Part shown: positions 25,131-38,700 of the stretch, one piece after another
Numbering within the stretch: position 1 is the first letter of the stretch
How the letters are laid out: each line of letters begins with the position of its first letter
Source: Phoronis australis
Taxonomy: Eukaryota > Animalia > Phoronida
Length of the DNA: 64,000 bases
Direction of reading: 5' to 3'
NCBI GenBank assembly: GCA_002633005.1
Contig: NMRA01000195.1
Location: forward strand, 599,628-663,627
The notes under the pieces: generated by a model
What the model saw: only the letters and a program-made list of their open reading frames with translations
What the model was told of the DNA's origin: nothing
The model's database searches: none
Position numbers and translations under genes: made by a program

Positions 25131-25937
25131 CAAATTCGGAACACGGCGCATTCGTAACAGAACTATGGCTAAGTATAGAATCTCTCGCCGATATCCCAGG
25201 CTACCGGCAGGAGCGCTGCGCACTACGACTCCGTTTCCGTCGTCTGCTCCACTGTGCAATGAAGAAAATTTATTTCATTTTTTAAAGAAAATGGAACCTG
25301 AGTGACGATGAAAAAAACAGAAGCTGCTGGTAAGATGTGAATTTTAATCGAAGCCTTAGTGAATCACTCAGAAATTCATAATTCTCTGACTCCTTGTCAA
25401 ACCTTAACTTAAGACGATTTCCAAAGCAATCCCGTCATTATTGCCAACACAAAAACGGATTTGGTCTTTTGGGCAATTGAATACTGAACAATTTTTTTTT
25501 ACGAACCGATTGCACAAAATATAAAACATGTAATAAGCATTACAAAAAGAAGTAGGTTTCGCGCGCAAACGCTGTGGACTATAAAGAAGAAGGTCTTTTA
25601 GTACAAAATTAGTAGCTAAGTCGTGGTGGTGTAGTTGTAAAGCACGCGCGCACTTATTGCCAGGTCGTGAGTTCGAGTCTGTGGTACTTGTAACTTTTCC
25701 TGTTTGACGTGCTTTCCGTGTTTTCTTTTGCCTTTTTTTCTTGGATAATACTTCAGGAATCAAGGAAATTGCTTGATTTTTAGAGGAAAAAACAGAAAAA
25801 TTTCCCATTGGGTGTTATGCGCATTTACAATCGTGATTGGGCGCAAATGCTAACAACGGATAAAATGTTGCCCCCCCCCTTGTGATATCCTAGATCCGCT
25901 GACTGCAGCATATGTTGGTATCCTAGATCCGCCACTG
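25131..25937. repeat. Copy 1 of ~800 bp repeat ending in a hAT-like TIR (GATCCGCCACTG)
   Basis: Closely similar to 27611-28415; both start at CAAATTCGGAACACGG. Confidence 0.8.
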
Positions 25938-26329
25938 TTAGTGCACGGCAAAGATCTATTAACTAAAGTTTGGTGAACTCAACAGGGCTAATAAGCAAAC
26001 AAATTGCAGGAACGTCAAAAGTGCAATTAGTTGACCTGTCAACTGCGCTTCTTCTGCTAGTTTTACTTTAATCGCACAGTGAACCGTTTATGTTCACCTA
26101 GTGATAACTAAACCGTTTCAATGATGTTTTTCGTTTCAAAATTGCTTCAATTAATACTACAGGTACTCCAATATCGTCCGCATTCGTCGCGATTCTGCTC
26201 GGGGATTCCATTGACAGGGAATTCCCCCAGTATGCATGACAAGGGAGATGAGTCTTTATTTTGATACATAAACGAGTCGACAAATACGGATTTTCTCATC
26301 TACAAGGAATATAATTACCATTTTTAAGA

Positions 26330-26492
26330 ACTTAGTCCTAACTACCCAGATATGGGAAGAGATCAAGAGGACGGCCCCAAGCCAGATGGAGAGATGACAT
26401 CGTGAAAACGACAGGCACAACATGGATGAGAGCAGCAAGAGACAGAACAAGTTGGAAGGCTTTGTCGGAGGGCTACATCCTGCAGTGCAACG
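26330..26492 (+). mobile_element. 3' fragment of RTE-clade LINE ORF
   Basis: Translates 'PRYGKRSRGRPQARWRDDIVKTTGTTWMRAARDRTSWKALSEGYILQ', the typical RTE C-terminus. Confidence 0.7.
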
Positions 26493-26496
26493 CCTA

Positions 26497-27193
26497 CACA
26501 TAGTGTACCTAATTATCGGACGGAACCTAAATATCGGACATTTCATAGAATCTTACTTGAAGCATAATCTGAGAATTAAATGACACCAATTTTTGTTCCG
26601 TTGTAATGCATTCAATGTCCGCCACCGTCTCGTTTTTTTACAGCGTTGCCTGGTTTTGATTTCACCGAGAGAGGGTGCAATTTAGACCCCCAAGTCGGCT
26701 TAAAATGGACGATCGCATAAATCGGTTATAAAAGTTGAAAATAAAATCTTTTTCCACAATGAAACCATCTCATTGAACTGACAATATGTCACTATTCCAT
26801 TTTTTCGTTTGTTTTTAAACTCAAGTCAAACTCCGACAGCGCACGTGCTGGTGTCATATCAAGAAGCCTAAGTGATACTAAAAACTGCAGTGAGTTTGCA
26901 CGTGCTTTAGTCGTCTGCACTAATTCATCGAAACGACTTGGCGCCGTCATCAGATTTCATTTCATGGATAATTTTGTTGCGAATGGACCTGGGTTCTAGC
27001 AGCATATATGTCAAAACACTCGAGCTGAAATTTGGCGACAAGGTGCCCGCGACCATTACGTGGTTAGTCAGTTTTCCGCGGTGTGGCGTATGGAGAAACA
27101 TGGTGTCCGATATTTAGGTTCTCCGAAGGTTTGGTTGTTGTGTTTTTTGAAGATCAGTCGGAACATAAATGTGGCTTTCAGTGACAAGATATA
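26497..27193. mobile_element. TA-preceded non-autonomous DNA transposon, cut by the gap; diverged relative at ~28530-29070
   Basis: Tandem motif CCTAA(T/A)TATCGGAC occurs twice at the left end and is inverted at ~27105-27120. Colinear similarity to 28530-29070. Confidence 0.55.
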
Positions 27194-27498
27194 NNNNNNN
27201 NNNNNNNNNNNNNNNNNNNNNNNNNNNNNNNNNNNNNNNNNNNNNNNNNNNNNNNNNNNNNNNNNNNNNNNNNNNNNNNNNNNNNNNNNNNNNNNNNNNN
27301 NNNNNNNNNNNNNNNNNNNNNNNNNNNNNNNNNNNNNNNNNNNNNNNNNNNNNNNNNNNNNNNNNNNNNNNNNNNNNNNNNNNNNNNNNNNNNNNNNNNN
27401 NNNNNNNNNNNNNNNNNNNNNNNNNNNNNNNNNNNNNNNNNNNNNNNNNNNNNNNNNNNNNNNNNNNNNNNNNNNNNNNNNNNNNNNNNNNNNNNNNN
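27194..27498. other. Assembly gap (N-run)
   Basis: Run of N bases. Confidence 1.
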
Positions 27499-27610
27499 TA
27501 GGGAAATGGTGAGTTTATTAATTAACCCTGGTATTTAAAATTATACGGATGAAAAAAGATTTACATGTGTTCAGTTTTAGCGTTGGGGGGGGGGGGCTCA
27601 TATCCAATTT

Positions 27611-28415
27611 CAAATTCGGAACACGGCGCATTCGTAACGGAACTATGGTTAAGTATAGGCTCTCCCGCGATATCCCAGACGACCAGCAGTGGCGCTGCGC
27701 ACTACGACTCCGTTTCCGTCGTCTGCTCCACTGTGCAATGAAGAAAATTTACTTCATTTTTTAAAGAAAATGGAACCTGAGTGACGATGAAAAAACAGAA
27801 GCTGCTGGTAAGATGTGAATTTTAATCGAAGCCTTAGTGAATCACTCAGAAACTCGCAATACTCTCTTTGTCAAACCTTATCTTAAGACGATTTCCAAAG
27901 CAATCCCGTCATTATTGCCAACACGAAAAATGGATTTGGTCTTTTGGGCATTTGAAGACTATTTCAAATACGACAAATTTGTTGAAAATTGATGGCACAA
28001 AATATAAAACGTGTAATAAGCGTTACAAAAAGAAGTAGTTTCACGCGCAAACGCTGTGGACCATAAACAAGTAGGTCTTTTAGTAATAGATTACCGGTAG
28101 TAGTTAAATCGTGGTGGTGAGGTGGTAACACGCGCGCGCTCTTTCCGCCAGGTCGTGAGTTTGTGCAGTTTTTCCTGTTTGACACGTTCTCCGTGTTTTT
28201 TTTGCCTTTTTTCTTGGATAATACTTCAGGAATCAAGGAAAATGCTTGATTTTTAGAGGTAAAAAGGAAAAATTTCCTGGGCGGGAGGGGGGCAAACCCC
28301 GACCTCCCCCCATTCAGTGCTATGCGCATCTACAATCGTGGTTCAGTTTGTGCAAATGCTTACAGCCGCACAAAATGTTGGCCTCCCCCCTTGTGATATC
28401 CTAGATCCGCCACTG
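27611..28415. repeat. Copy 2 of ~800 bp repeat ending in a hAT-like TIR
   Basis: Closely similar to 25131-25937, with small indels. Confidence 0.8.
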
Positions 28416-29720
28416 TGGTGTTGGTAAAAGTTCCAGGAGTCGGGGACTTGTATGAGAGACATAGACAACCTTGGTTTCACCTGTGTTGTGGTGGTAAAGG
28501 AACAAAGAAAATTTGATGACCTGTATACAAATTGTACCTATATATGAAATGGACCTAAATATTCCACGTTTTTATAAGTTCTTACCTGAAGCACAGTCTG
28601 CTAGATGAATGACGTCAATTTCCATTCAATATTTCTTCACAATGAAATCACCTCAATGAACAGAAAGTCCTCCACTGTTTCATTTTCTCAATTGTCTTAA
28701 AACTCAAGTCCATCCCCACCCATGCACATGCGTGTGTCATATCAAGAAGGCAAACAGTAAAAACTGCAGTGAGATAGCACATGCTTTAGTCGTTTGCACT
28801 CAATCATCGAGACAAAGTAGTGCTGTCATTAGATTACACTTTATCAATAATTTTGTTGCTAATAGAGCTGTACTCTAGTGGCAGATGTATCAGTACACAC
28901 AAACTGCCATTTGACGCCGAGGTTCCTTCAGCTATAACGTTGTTTGTCAGTTTTTCATCGATGTAGCGTATACAGAAACATGGCGTCCTATATTTAGATT
29001 CTCTGACAAAATCCTAGTTGTGTTCTTTAAAGATCATCCAGAGTATGAATTTGGCTTGGGGTGACAAGACTTAGCAACAGAATAGTTCCATCCAGGACTT
29101 GAACCACAGCCATAACAGGGAGCGGCTGATGAGACTGCCTGTGCTAGACCCTGCAAACACAGTGTTTGAGTGTCTTCGACCTGTAGTCTTTACCTGTTTT
29201 GGGCAAGGCAAATCGTATTCAGGTTGGGGCGTCTCGGCCACTGACCACAATTATTATAATGGAAAAACGAGATAACCTCGCTTAGAAAGCTGACGTATTT
29301 GCAATTTAGCCACTGTGTCACACTTTTTGTTTGAGGAATTTTTATGTTAATCAATTTCATTTTTACAGGAATCCACTAATTTAAAAGTTGTTCAGATCTG
29401 GTGTCTTTTATTGCAAGTAAAATGTGCCAGATTGATCAAGAACACGTTCAAAACTTTTGTTTCTGCTTAAGTCTAATGGTAGTAAAAGTGGTAAGCAACT
29501 TGGCTTTATTTTTTAGTTGTGAATTATGAAAGCCATATGTGGCGAAATAAAATGTTTTGTTTTCAACGTCTTTCAAGAAAAGAAAATTGACATAATTATC
29601 TGGGTCGTTGATTTTTTAAAAACTGGTTCGTAATTGACAGATGTCAACAAATTGGACTGGCAACTATCTGTCAGGTCCAACATTTTGATGGTCATGTAAT
29701 GTTACACTTTGCATTTGTAG

Positions 29721-32700
29721 GAAGGTCCATTTATGCCTAAAGCTGAGTGACAAGAAACATGTAATCATCAAAGAGATCCCTGTAGAGCAGATGACCAAGG
29801 ATGAGCGGCTGGCTGCTCTTAATGAGGTCAAAGTTCTCGCCATGTTGGATCATCCCAATATTGTTGAGTATTATGAAAACTTCCTTGAAGACAAAGCGCT
29901 GATGATAGTGATGGAGTATGCTCAGGGGGGCACTCTCTTTGAGTACCTGCAGCAACGTAAGGGGAACCTGCTGGAGGAGCCAGTAAGTGCTAATTGGCAG
30001 ATAGTAATGACGGGGTATGTCTTGGAGAAGACACTCGTTTTTTGGGGGGTGGGAGTGCTACTGCATCATTAATTAATATTGCTAGAGGAGTACTAAGTGC
30101 TTTGGTGAATATTAGTGATGGAGTATAGGGCAACCTACTGTAGTGGTCGATATGAGGTGATGACAATGGCGATGAAGTATACCTGAAGGCACTCTGCTCT
30201 TGTTTAACGTGTACTGTTAAGTGCTTGGAATCGAATAACACAATGTCCTTAATGGTAAATGAGATGATTTAATTTAGACAGAACCACCCACTTACATCTT
30301 CATCTGTCTCGGTTTATTTGCCTACCATTTTATACACAATAAAATTGGTTGATTATGTTTGAAAACTTATCTCCAGATATTTGCTTTGGTCACTTATTAA
30401 GACTTTTTTTAAAGAAGCCAGGAATCACGGTAATAATAAAAACATGTAAGACCTACTTTATGTATTGAAGACTGTCTGATGCTCGCTGTATGCATTGCGG
30501 CTTTCCTTTGTTGTATACCATACTTGCTTGAGTTAACATCCAATCTCAAAACTTTCAAGATTTCATTTTTGAAGGTTCTTACTCTGTAACACTCGTCTTA
30601 TCATGCCTTCTTATCAGGGAAGGAATTGCTCATTGATAAGGCTGATATCAATGCACATTTATTTTCAGGAAGTTCTGAGAATCTTTGCCCAGCTTCTTAT
30701 GGCGCTGCAGCACGTTCACTCCAAACAGATCTTACACAGAGACCTGAAGACACAAAACATTCTGCTGGACAAAAGCAAGAAGATTATTAAGATCAGTGAC
30801 TTTGGGATATCCAAAGTTCTAAGCAGTAAAAGCAAGGCCTACAGTGTAAGCTCGACTTTTTATTATCCATTAAATTACAGATTGAACACATTGTATTGAA
30901 GTTTAGGGAAGCAAAGTCGTATATTGGATCATTACCAGAAGCTTTTAATGCAACAACACATTAAAGGTTATCAATACTTTCCATTTCTTGCAATGAATAT
31001 TTTTTGCAGCAATTGCTAATTTTGCTCCATTTCGTCTCAAAACCACTATATTGCATTACCATTTTAAAATTCCTGACCAAGTTGTACATACGTCACAAAA
31101 TGTTGCAGGAACAGGTATTTTTATTTATTTATTTATTTATTTATTATTGTGATATTTAAAATGAGGGTGGCCTCTTCAGTGATAGCACTGCTTTCCAAGA
31201 GGGCCCTAAACAAGAAAAACAGTAATATAATACAATGAAGTAATAAAACAAAAATGAAATATACGTAACAAAGATACAATTAAAACAGGTTGAGAATTAA
31301 GACAATAACGAAATGACAAATAATGGTAAAAATTTAACTAAGACAGATGACATAAATTAAGAGACGATTCTAGAAAGTGAGAGTATTTACGACAATGAAA
31401 AAATGACATGATTAAGACAGGCAGGGTATAAAAGGTCAAGTAAATTACAGCCACTTTTTAATATTTTGTAATACTTGGACTTTGCTGACAAGTTTGTCAC
31501 TAGTGTGCCCCCAAACCGGTAAACAATAATCAATATGAGGCTGAATAATAGAATGGTAAAGGGTCTTAAGAGTACTGACATTAAGAAATTTGCCTAGACG
31601 TTTAAGTACACCGATTTTCTTAGATTATTTCTTTGTGATATGATCTATGTGCATGTTAAATTTAAGATTGGGATCTAAAGTAAGGACCAAGTACTTAAAC
31701 TTGTCAACATTCTCGATGGGAGAACCATTGATAGAAAGGGATAGTTTTTGTTGTTTTAATTTCTGGTGGGTTCGAAACAGCATCGACTTGGTTTTACTAA
31801 CGTTAAGAGTGAGTTTATTTTGAATCAGCCAGTCATGGATAAGGGCTAGCTCATCGTTGAGAGAAGTTTCGAGTTCTTTTACTGATCCAGCTGTGGACAT
31901 AATTGCAGTGTCATCAGCGTATAAAACTGGGATACTGTTGTGGAGGACAGTAGGGAGGTCGTTAACAAAAATAGTGAATAATAGAGGGCCCAAAATGGAA
32001 CCCTGAGGTACCCCCGTGATTATGGTTGAGTAGTCAGAAAGTATACCACCGTATTTGGTGGCCTGTTTAAAGTTTTGATGTGTTTGTTTTTAAAGTCAAC
32101 ATAAAATTTCATATTGAGACCTTCTGACCCCACGTGTCACATGATCACACCATGCTGTGCCTGCGCAAAGTCAGCCGTGTTGTGACGAGATATTATTGGT
32201 TTTGATATTTGGACATATAGAGTTATGTTCCTCGAGAAGTCAAAGGGGGAAAAATATGGAGTAAGTGGATTGGATGCTTTGAAGGTCTTGTAACCAGGGA
32301 AACCCAATATTCATTTTTTGTTGAGATTATATTTGAATTTTCGTTTTCTGTGTTGCGTAATGTGCATCTTCTAAATCAAAGTTTTCACATATGTATTCCA
32401 TCTTGTAACATATGGTTTGTGTATTTCAATAACATTTATTTCAGAATCTCTTTTTTATACTATAGTTTTGAACCAGTCCTGCAGTCCATAAATATCAAAC
32501 TTGGGAACCATGGCCATCACGTTTAAACACTGCGAACAGATACTATTTTAAAATCCAATTTAGGGCACAATATGGTGTTATCTGGGCAGGTGAAATGTAC
32601 TTTTTCATTTTTTCATGAAATGCTTTATTCTGTGCCATGATCGCACAATGTTTTGAGGTATTGTGGACATTCACAACAATGTTAGTTTCTTAGAAAAAGT

Positions 32701-35700
32701 GAAAAAGATCTATTTTAACAATTGTTTTTTAACAAAATTGCTGAGATTTTACCTTAGCTGCTTTTCTCTGAGATCTTTAGCATTACAGTCTCCTTCAGTT
32801 TTTATCTTGAAAACAACTGTCGTCTGACCAAAGATGAATGCAGTTGATGGTTGTCACAAATATCTGACGAGTTTTGGAGAGGAAATGGAACTTCTTGTCT
32901 CGTTTACGGCTAATACTTACTTCAACACACCACAGCAACACCCTCGCTTGTATTGGTGCTGGTTGTTAATCCATGTCCACCCTGCCGTCTCATTTCAGGT
33001 TGTGGGCACGCCGTGCTACATATCTCCAGAACTGTGCGAAGGCAAACCGTATCCTTCATCTTGGTTTATGACCACAGTTTTTGACCAATTACTGTGAACT
33101 TATTGGAGGACTTTGATGGAGCTATTACTTTGAGGAAGCTAGGATCAACAGTGAAATAGAGTTCAAAGACATTTCATACATAGGTCAATTCATTTGTTTT
33201 GTTATGACATCATTTTTACGTTTTGGACCCAGTCAATTAAAATGCCAAAATTAAACACCAGATTCATGTAGCACTGCGAATTGCTAAGCACTTTAGAAAT
33301 TGTTACTTGGCTTTGGATCTGGTAAATCTTAATCCTTCTCAACTTTCGGGAACATACAATGGGTGCAGGCGTTGCAGCAACAAATTGGTTAATTTAAAGA
33401 CATAATTCAATCTGTAAAAATTTCAAGTGCTAAATTGCCCCCGTAGTTACCTGAATGGCAAAAAAAATCCAATACCTGCAAAATTTTTGAAAATGTAATG
33501 TGACTGCATTTCTGTTCCTATTTGTGGGTGCTAACAAACGTCATAATAATGACAGATACGTCATCACTAAACGTCCAAATAGATAACTGTTTATCACTGA
33601 TTTCATTGTGTACATACATTAACAGTATAAGGGCTGTTCCAGCAAAATCTGTGTGGGAGGGGGGGAAGGCTCTTTTATTTTGTACCCTCCGCCCATATTT
33701 TTCATTTATTTCTCCAACCCATGACCCATAATTATTTAATTAATAGCTTAAAATATAAAATCCAACACTTGAAAACAAATTGCCTCCAGGATAATCTGTT
33801 AAGAACTTAGATGATTGACAGACAAGATCTAGTTTTCCTGTCCAATATTGTAAAAAACTAAAGTAGCCAAGAAGGAGGTCGAATAAAAACGAAAATGACT
33901 TCTGTCAACGCATCCATCCCTGCTATATTCCTTTGTGCCAAATTTCCAGTTATGCCTAGCACTTTTTGAGATAATCAACCTGTCTTGTGAAAAACTAACA
34001 GGGTACCATAGTAGTTGAATCCAGAGTCCAAAAATTGACTGGTGCCGGCACATTCTTGCGATATACTTCTATTTTGACTTTCATTGTCAGTGATCAGTGA
34101 AGCAGTTTTGGAGATAATCAACATATAAGGAATCGCTTGTCGAAAACTAAAGCAGCCAACATGGGGTACCAAGGTTGCCAAACCTGCCTGGAAATCGACT
34201 GGTGCAGGCGCATCCTTGCCAAGTTCCTCTATACCGAATTTCATCATGATCCACCAAGCAGTTCTTGAGATAATTGATGGACAAGAAAGGATAATTACAG
34301 CCGGACAAAATTCCATGTGAGATCACAACTCATATCAGTTACCAGAAACTTGCTTTTCAGAGACATCTGTGAGCAATACTTTTGGCAGCCACTAGTTCAC
34401 CATGTGGCTGTAATTTCAATAAAGATTTTTTCAATTTCATGGATCTATGAATCTCGAACTGTCTCCACGAACTCTTATTGGAACTTTGCTATCTTACTCC
34501 TCATACTTTTTATTTAAAAATCACCAGTCAGTTTTCTTACAAGTGTTAACACCAGTTTAGTGTTGCAGACATTTTCTTTCTAATATGACTGCAGTTAAAC
34601 TTGTGCTTGTAATCAAGTTGCCCGTGACTTAATTAATGGCACAGTGTACATATTGCACTCTGTACACTGGCAACATGGGCTTGTTTGTTGTTTTGGGGTA
34701 TGTTTGGTATTTGGCAAGTGAATTTTTGATGAGTTTTGATTTCTTTTGAGATGTGTTTGGTCGAAAATACCAACCTGGCAATATTGACAGGTCAAAAAAT
34801 ACCACCACTTAAACTTACTTTAAACAGATGATGTTTCTGTGCTCCCCCGTCAATCATCAGCAAGATGGCGTCTTCACAGCATGTTTCGGCCTTGAACTTG
34901 AACACGCTCCAACGCTTGGCCCCCGAAGTTGATCAGGCTCCGGTTTGACGGGGATTCTTCCCCTGTTTGGTCTTCTGTAACCACAACCACGATGAAGCTG
35001 ATTCCGCTGCGGCTGCCACCGACTTCATCATAGACTTCCTTGACTTAGTTAAAATTCCCAGCATCCTAGACATCCTCCACATGCTTGATGCCACAAAACC
35101 TTTAGCTCCTACCTCAACTGGTAAACAGAAGCACCTCCAACCATTCCTCGAGCACTCATGGCTCAGCTCGTTGTACTTCAATGCTTTCCTCTCCTGGCTT
35201 TCCTATATCCTGGTTTCCCATGGCACCGTTAACTCCACCAAGACTACCACCTTCGCCGTATCTGACCACAAAATAATGTCTGGTCTCAAAGATGTCGAAG
35301 CTGCTTTGTTTCCCAAGATCTGCCTCCATGCACCAATCATTAGACATGGATAGGATTCCTCCTGTGTTGCTAATACCCCTCTTGCAGCCAGCCGTCGTAA
35401 AGTCGATAAACTTCTTCACAACCTTACGCTTGGTTCTCCTCTCTAGGTCTAGTGTGTGGGCAACTTCCTTAAGGACCGTGTTGTGACGCGAAGTGTACTT
35501 CCCCTCTGCCAGGGCCACCATGCAACTGGAGAGGACATGTTGTGGGGACTCTACTTCTCCACAGCAGCTACATCTGTCGTCATTTTCCTTCTGCCATAAC
35601 TTCAGGTTACTTCCCGTCGGTAAGGTGTCGTACACCGAGCGTAGCAAAAACCTCAGCCTTTGCTGCTCCATGTGGAGAACGTCCGCTGCTGTTATTTTCC

Positions 35701-38700
35701 TTCCTAGCACTCCTTCCCAGGTGGTCCATTCGCCCTGTCTCTTCATGCCAACTGCACGAGCAACATGCTTCTCTTCTTCCTCTTCACGAATCTCCCTGAG
35801 TACCATATCTCTCCTGTCCTTCCCCTTTGTCGCCTTCCACCTAGTTGATGGTCTAAAGCCCAAACCCTGTCGACCACAACAGACTGTTCCAACTATTTCT
35901 TTATGCCAGAGACGGCTCTTTGCTCTGTTCACAGCCACTTGGGGGTCCCACTTTCTGCCTGCTGACACCTTAATCTCTGATAAGCTGACAAATCTATCTT
36001 TGGAATCTCAGATTGTGAGAACTTCCCTTGCTTTTGACACCATGAAGTCTTCAACCAGAGACCTTAGTGGAAGTGATACTGGTGCTGTCCTACTATATAA
36101 TCCCACTGACGTGAAGCTCACTGGTACTCCCAACCATTTCCTGATATGCTGGTTTGCCTCCCGCTCCATAGACTTGACTGTTGAGATCGGGATTCTGTAA
36201 ACCGATAGCGGCCATGAGAACTTGGGCAGTAAATGGAACTGATAACGCCAGAGCTTGAACTTTCCCGGAAAAGTGCACCCGTTGATCTTCTTCAAACTTT
36301 CCCTGAACAGGGCCACTGTGTCCCTTGCCTTTGTGATGTCGCTTAAACTACTGTCGTATACCTTGCCTAGATATTTCACCGACCTCTCGCCCAAGGATGG
36401 AATCTCCGCACCGTTCATATAGAAGGCTCGGTGATGACTCATTCTCCCTTTCAAGACCAGACTTCTTCACTTCTGCACCTTGAGTTTCATCCTACCCCAA
36501 ACAATTAATTCTTCTAATTTCTTCAACACCCAACCTGCTCCTGCTGTTGGTGTAGTAACTGTTAGGTTGTCGACAAATGCTCGACATGGGGGAAGGCGTC
36601 TGCCTTGCAGAAGAGGCCCCCTGCACTCTGGCTCAGCGAATAATGAGGTTCATTGCGAGCACAAATAAGCTGACTGAAATGGTGCACTCAGTCAATATCC
36701 CTTTCTCCAAAGGCTTGAATTCTGTTGTGAACTCTTTCGTTGAAAATCGCATCTGTATACTTTTGAAGTAGTCGTTGATAACCTTCTGTACTCCTTCTGG
36801 AAAATGATGGGTTGCCATGGCCTTCCTAATTAGTGAATGTGGCATGGAACCCTAAGCATTCTCTAAATCTAACCACACAACTGCCAAGTCCGACTTGTCT
36901 TCCTTTGCCTTACTGATCAGCTCCGTCAGAACAGCATTATGCTCTAGGCAACCTGACTGCCCTCTGGTCCACCACCTTTCTGCACTATGGGGCCGATATA
37001 ACCATTTCCCAGGGCATACTTGACAATTCTTGATGCAATCACTGCGAAGTTTTAATGCTTCACTTCTTAAAAGAATGACCACCCATAATTTCAGCTTTTT
37101 TCTGAAGACCACCACCCATGAATTTTTATTTCTACTGCCGTCCCCCTCCCTCCCATACGGATTTTGCTGAAACAGCCCTAATCACTTACTAGGATGCCTA
37201 TGTGTTGTATTTGTGTTTCCTTAACCATACTTCAGATATAACCAGAAGAGTGACATATGGGCACTTGGCTGTGTCTTGTATGAACTGTGCACATTGAAGC
37301 GGGCATTTGAAGCTAATGTGAGAATACATTTGAGTCAGGATCCTAATGTTTTACTGACAGAATAAGAAACTGTCTGTGCTGTGCTATGAACTACGAATGG
37401 TTGTTAACGTCTGTTTACAGTGAAATATGAAGTGGCTTATATTTACTTTCATCTTGTTTCTTTTTTGTGAGTACGTGTGATGGCTGATGGCTAACATTCC
37501 AAAAAGTGATTTACAGTTAATTGTTGCTTGTCATAAAACTTCACCACGACTCTTACCAGCAGATGGACACATGTGACGTCCATCTGTCACACATAAAAAG
37601 GTCAATGGCTAAATCATACAAGAAACATTATGACAACTACCGTCTTTAAGCTGTATTTTATCTGTATTCAAATTTGTATAAGAAATGAGATTAGATAAAC
37701 CTCATTTTGTTTGTTTGTATGCATGTTAGGCTTAATGCTGGGAAACTAGTTGATGCTGAGCTGAGCATAAAATGTACTTAGAGAGTTTATAGTTATTGTT
37801 TTACAAATTACTCTGCTTGGCTTATCATTGTTGCCTGGCCTGAAACAGGATTCCAACTCACAACTTTGTATGATGCGGTAGTGATGCTTTGGGGCTTTGA
37901 GGGTTGAGGCCATCACCGACCACCCTAGGCAGAGGATATGCTGTGAGACTAATGCCTTATTTGCCGAGGCCATCACCGACCTTCATTGCTGTGAGACTTC
38001 TGGGCTCTGAGTTTCTAAGCCTTCACTGATTACCCTGAGCTGTCTTCATGCTATGCAGCTAATATGTCAAACATTTTTTGGAGTATGGTTAAGCTGTTTG
38101 AAAAATAAAGCTTAGCTATGTTAGCAAGTCATTTGTCCAAAAATCCTACCCTATGTTGTTACCTTTCTAGACCCTGCCAGCTCTGATTCTCAAGATCATG
38201 CGTGGTTCCTTCGCCCCCATTGCTGACCACTACAGTGAAGCCCTGCGTAGCCTCATACTGAGTATGTTACACCTGGACCCCAACAAGAGGCCAACCATCA
38301 ACCAGGTCATGGCCCAACCTATACTCATTGTTCCCCTTATGAATCTCTTTACAGAGATTGGCAAACTGCCATGTACGAGGTAATGATGTGTTTATTGTAG
38401 GCAATTGTATCAGTGAGGACAATTTCCTGTGGGTGTTTATGAAAACTGTATGTAATGCATGTCGGAATCTGTGTCAGCGCCCCCCGTTGGGTGCCACTGT
38501 TACACAGGAGCTTGTACATGTGTCTTGCGGATAAGTCAAAATTTTTGTGAGCAAAAAGTTAAATTTCTGGCAAAGCTGTGTAAAATTTTTCATAGTTTCC
38601 CCTGAATGTGCTTTCTGTTCCCGTGACAACCTATTTAATGAATTACAACTTCATTAACATCTAAAATGTGGAGTTGAACATTCTTATTACAGGGGTTACT

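Larger units (their letters stand above)
33049..37235 (+). other. U12-type (minor spliceosome) GT-AG intron of NEK8
   Basis: 5' site GTATCCTT; branch point TTTCCTTAAC at 37216-37225, 10 nt from the intron end, with no real polypyrimidine tract. Splicing restores GKP|YNQKSD. Confidence 0.92.

Noticed and set aside
25184-25335. ATGGCTAAGTAT (MAKY) plus downstream GTAAGA as NEK8 exon 1
   Set aside because: No glycine-rich loop in the translation, and it lies inside a duplicated TE-like repeat.
27060-27512. Long ORFs at 27060 and 27169
   Set aside because: Open only because they run through the N-gap.
27499-27516. Strong donor TG|GTGAGT right after the gap as the end of NEK8 exon 1
   Set aside because: Splicing to 29721 would give G-K-W-K-V-H, not the expected GxGxxG (GRGAFG) loop.
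35493-36200. 235-aa plus-strand ORF
   Set aside because: Antisense shadow of the HERO ORF.
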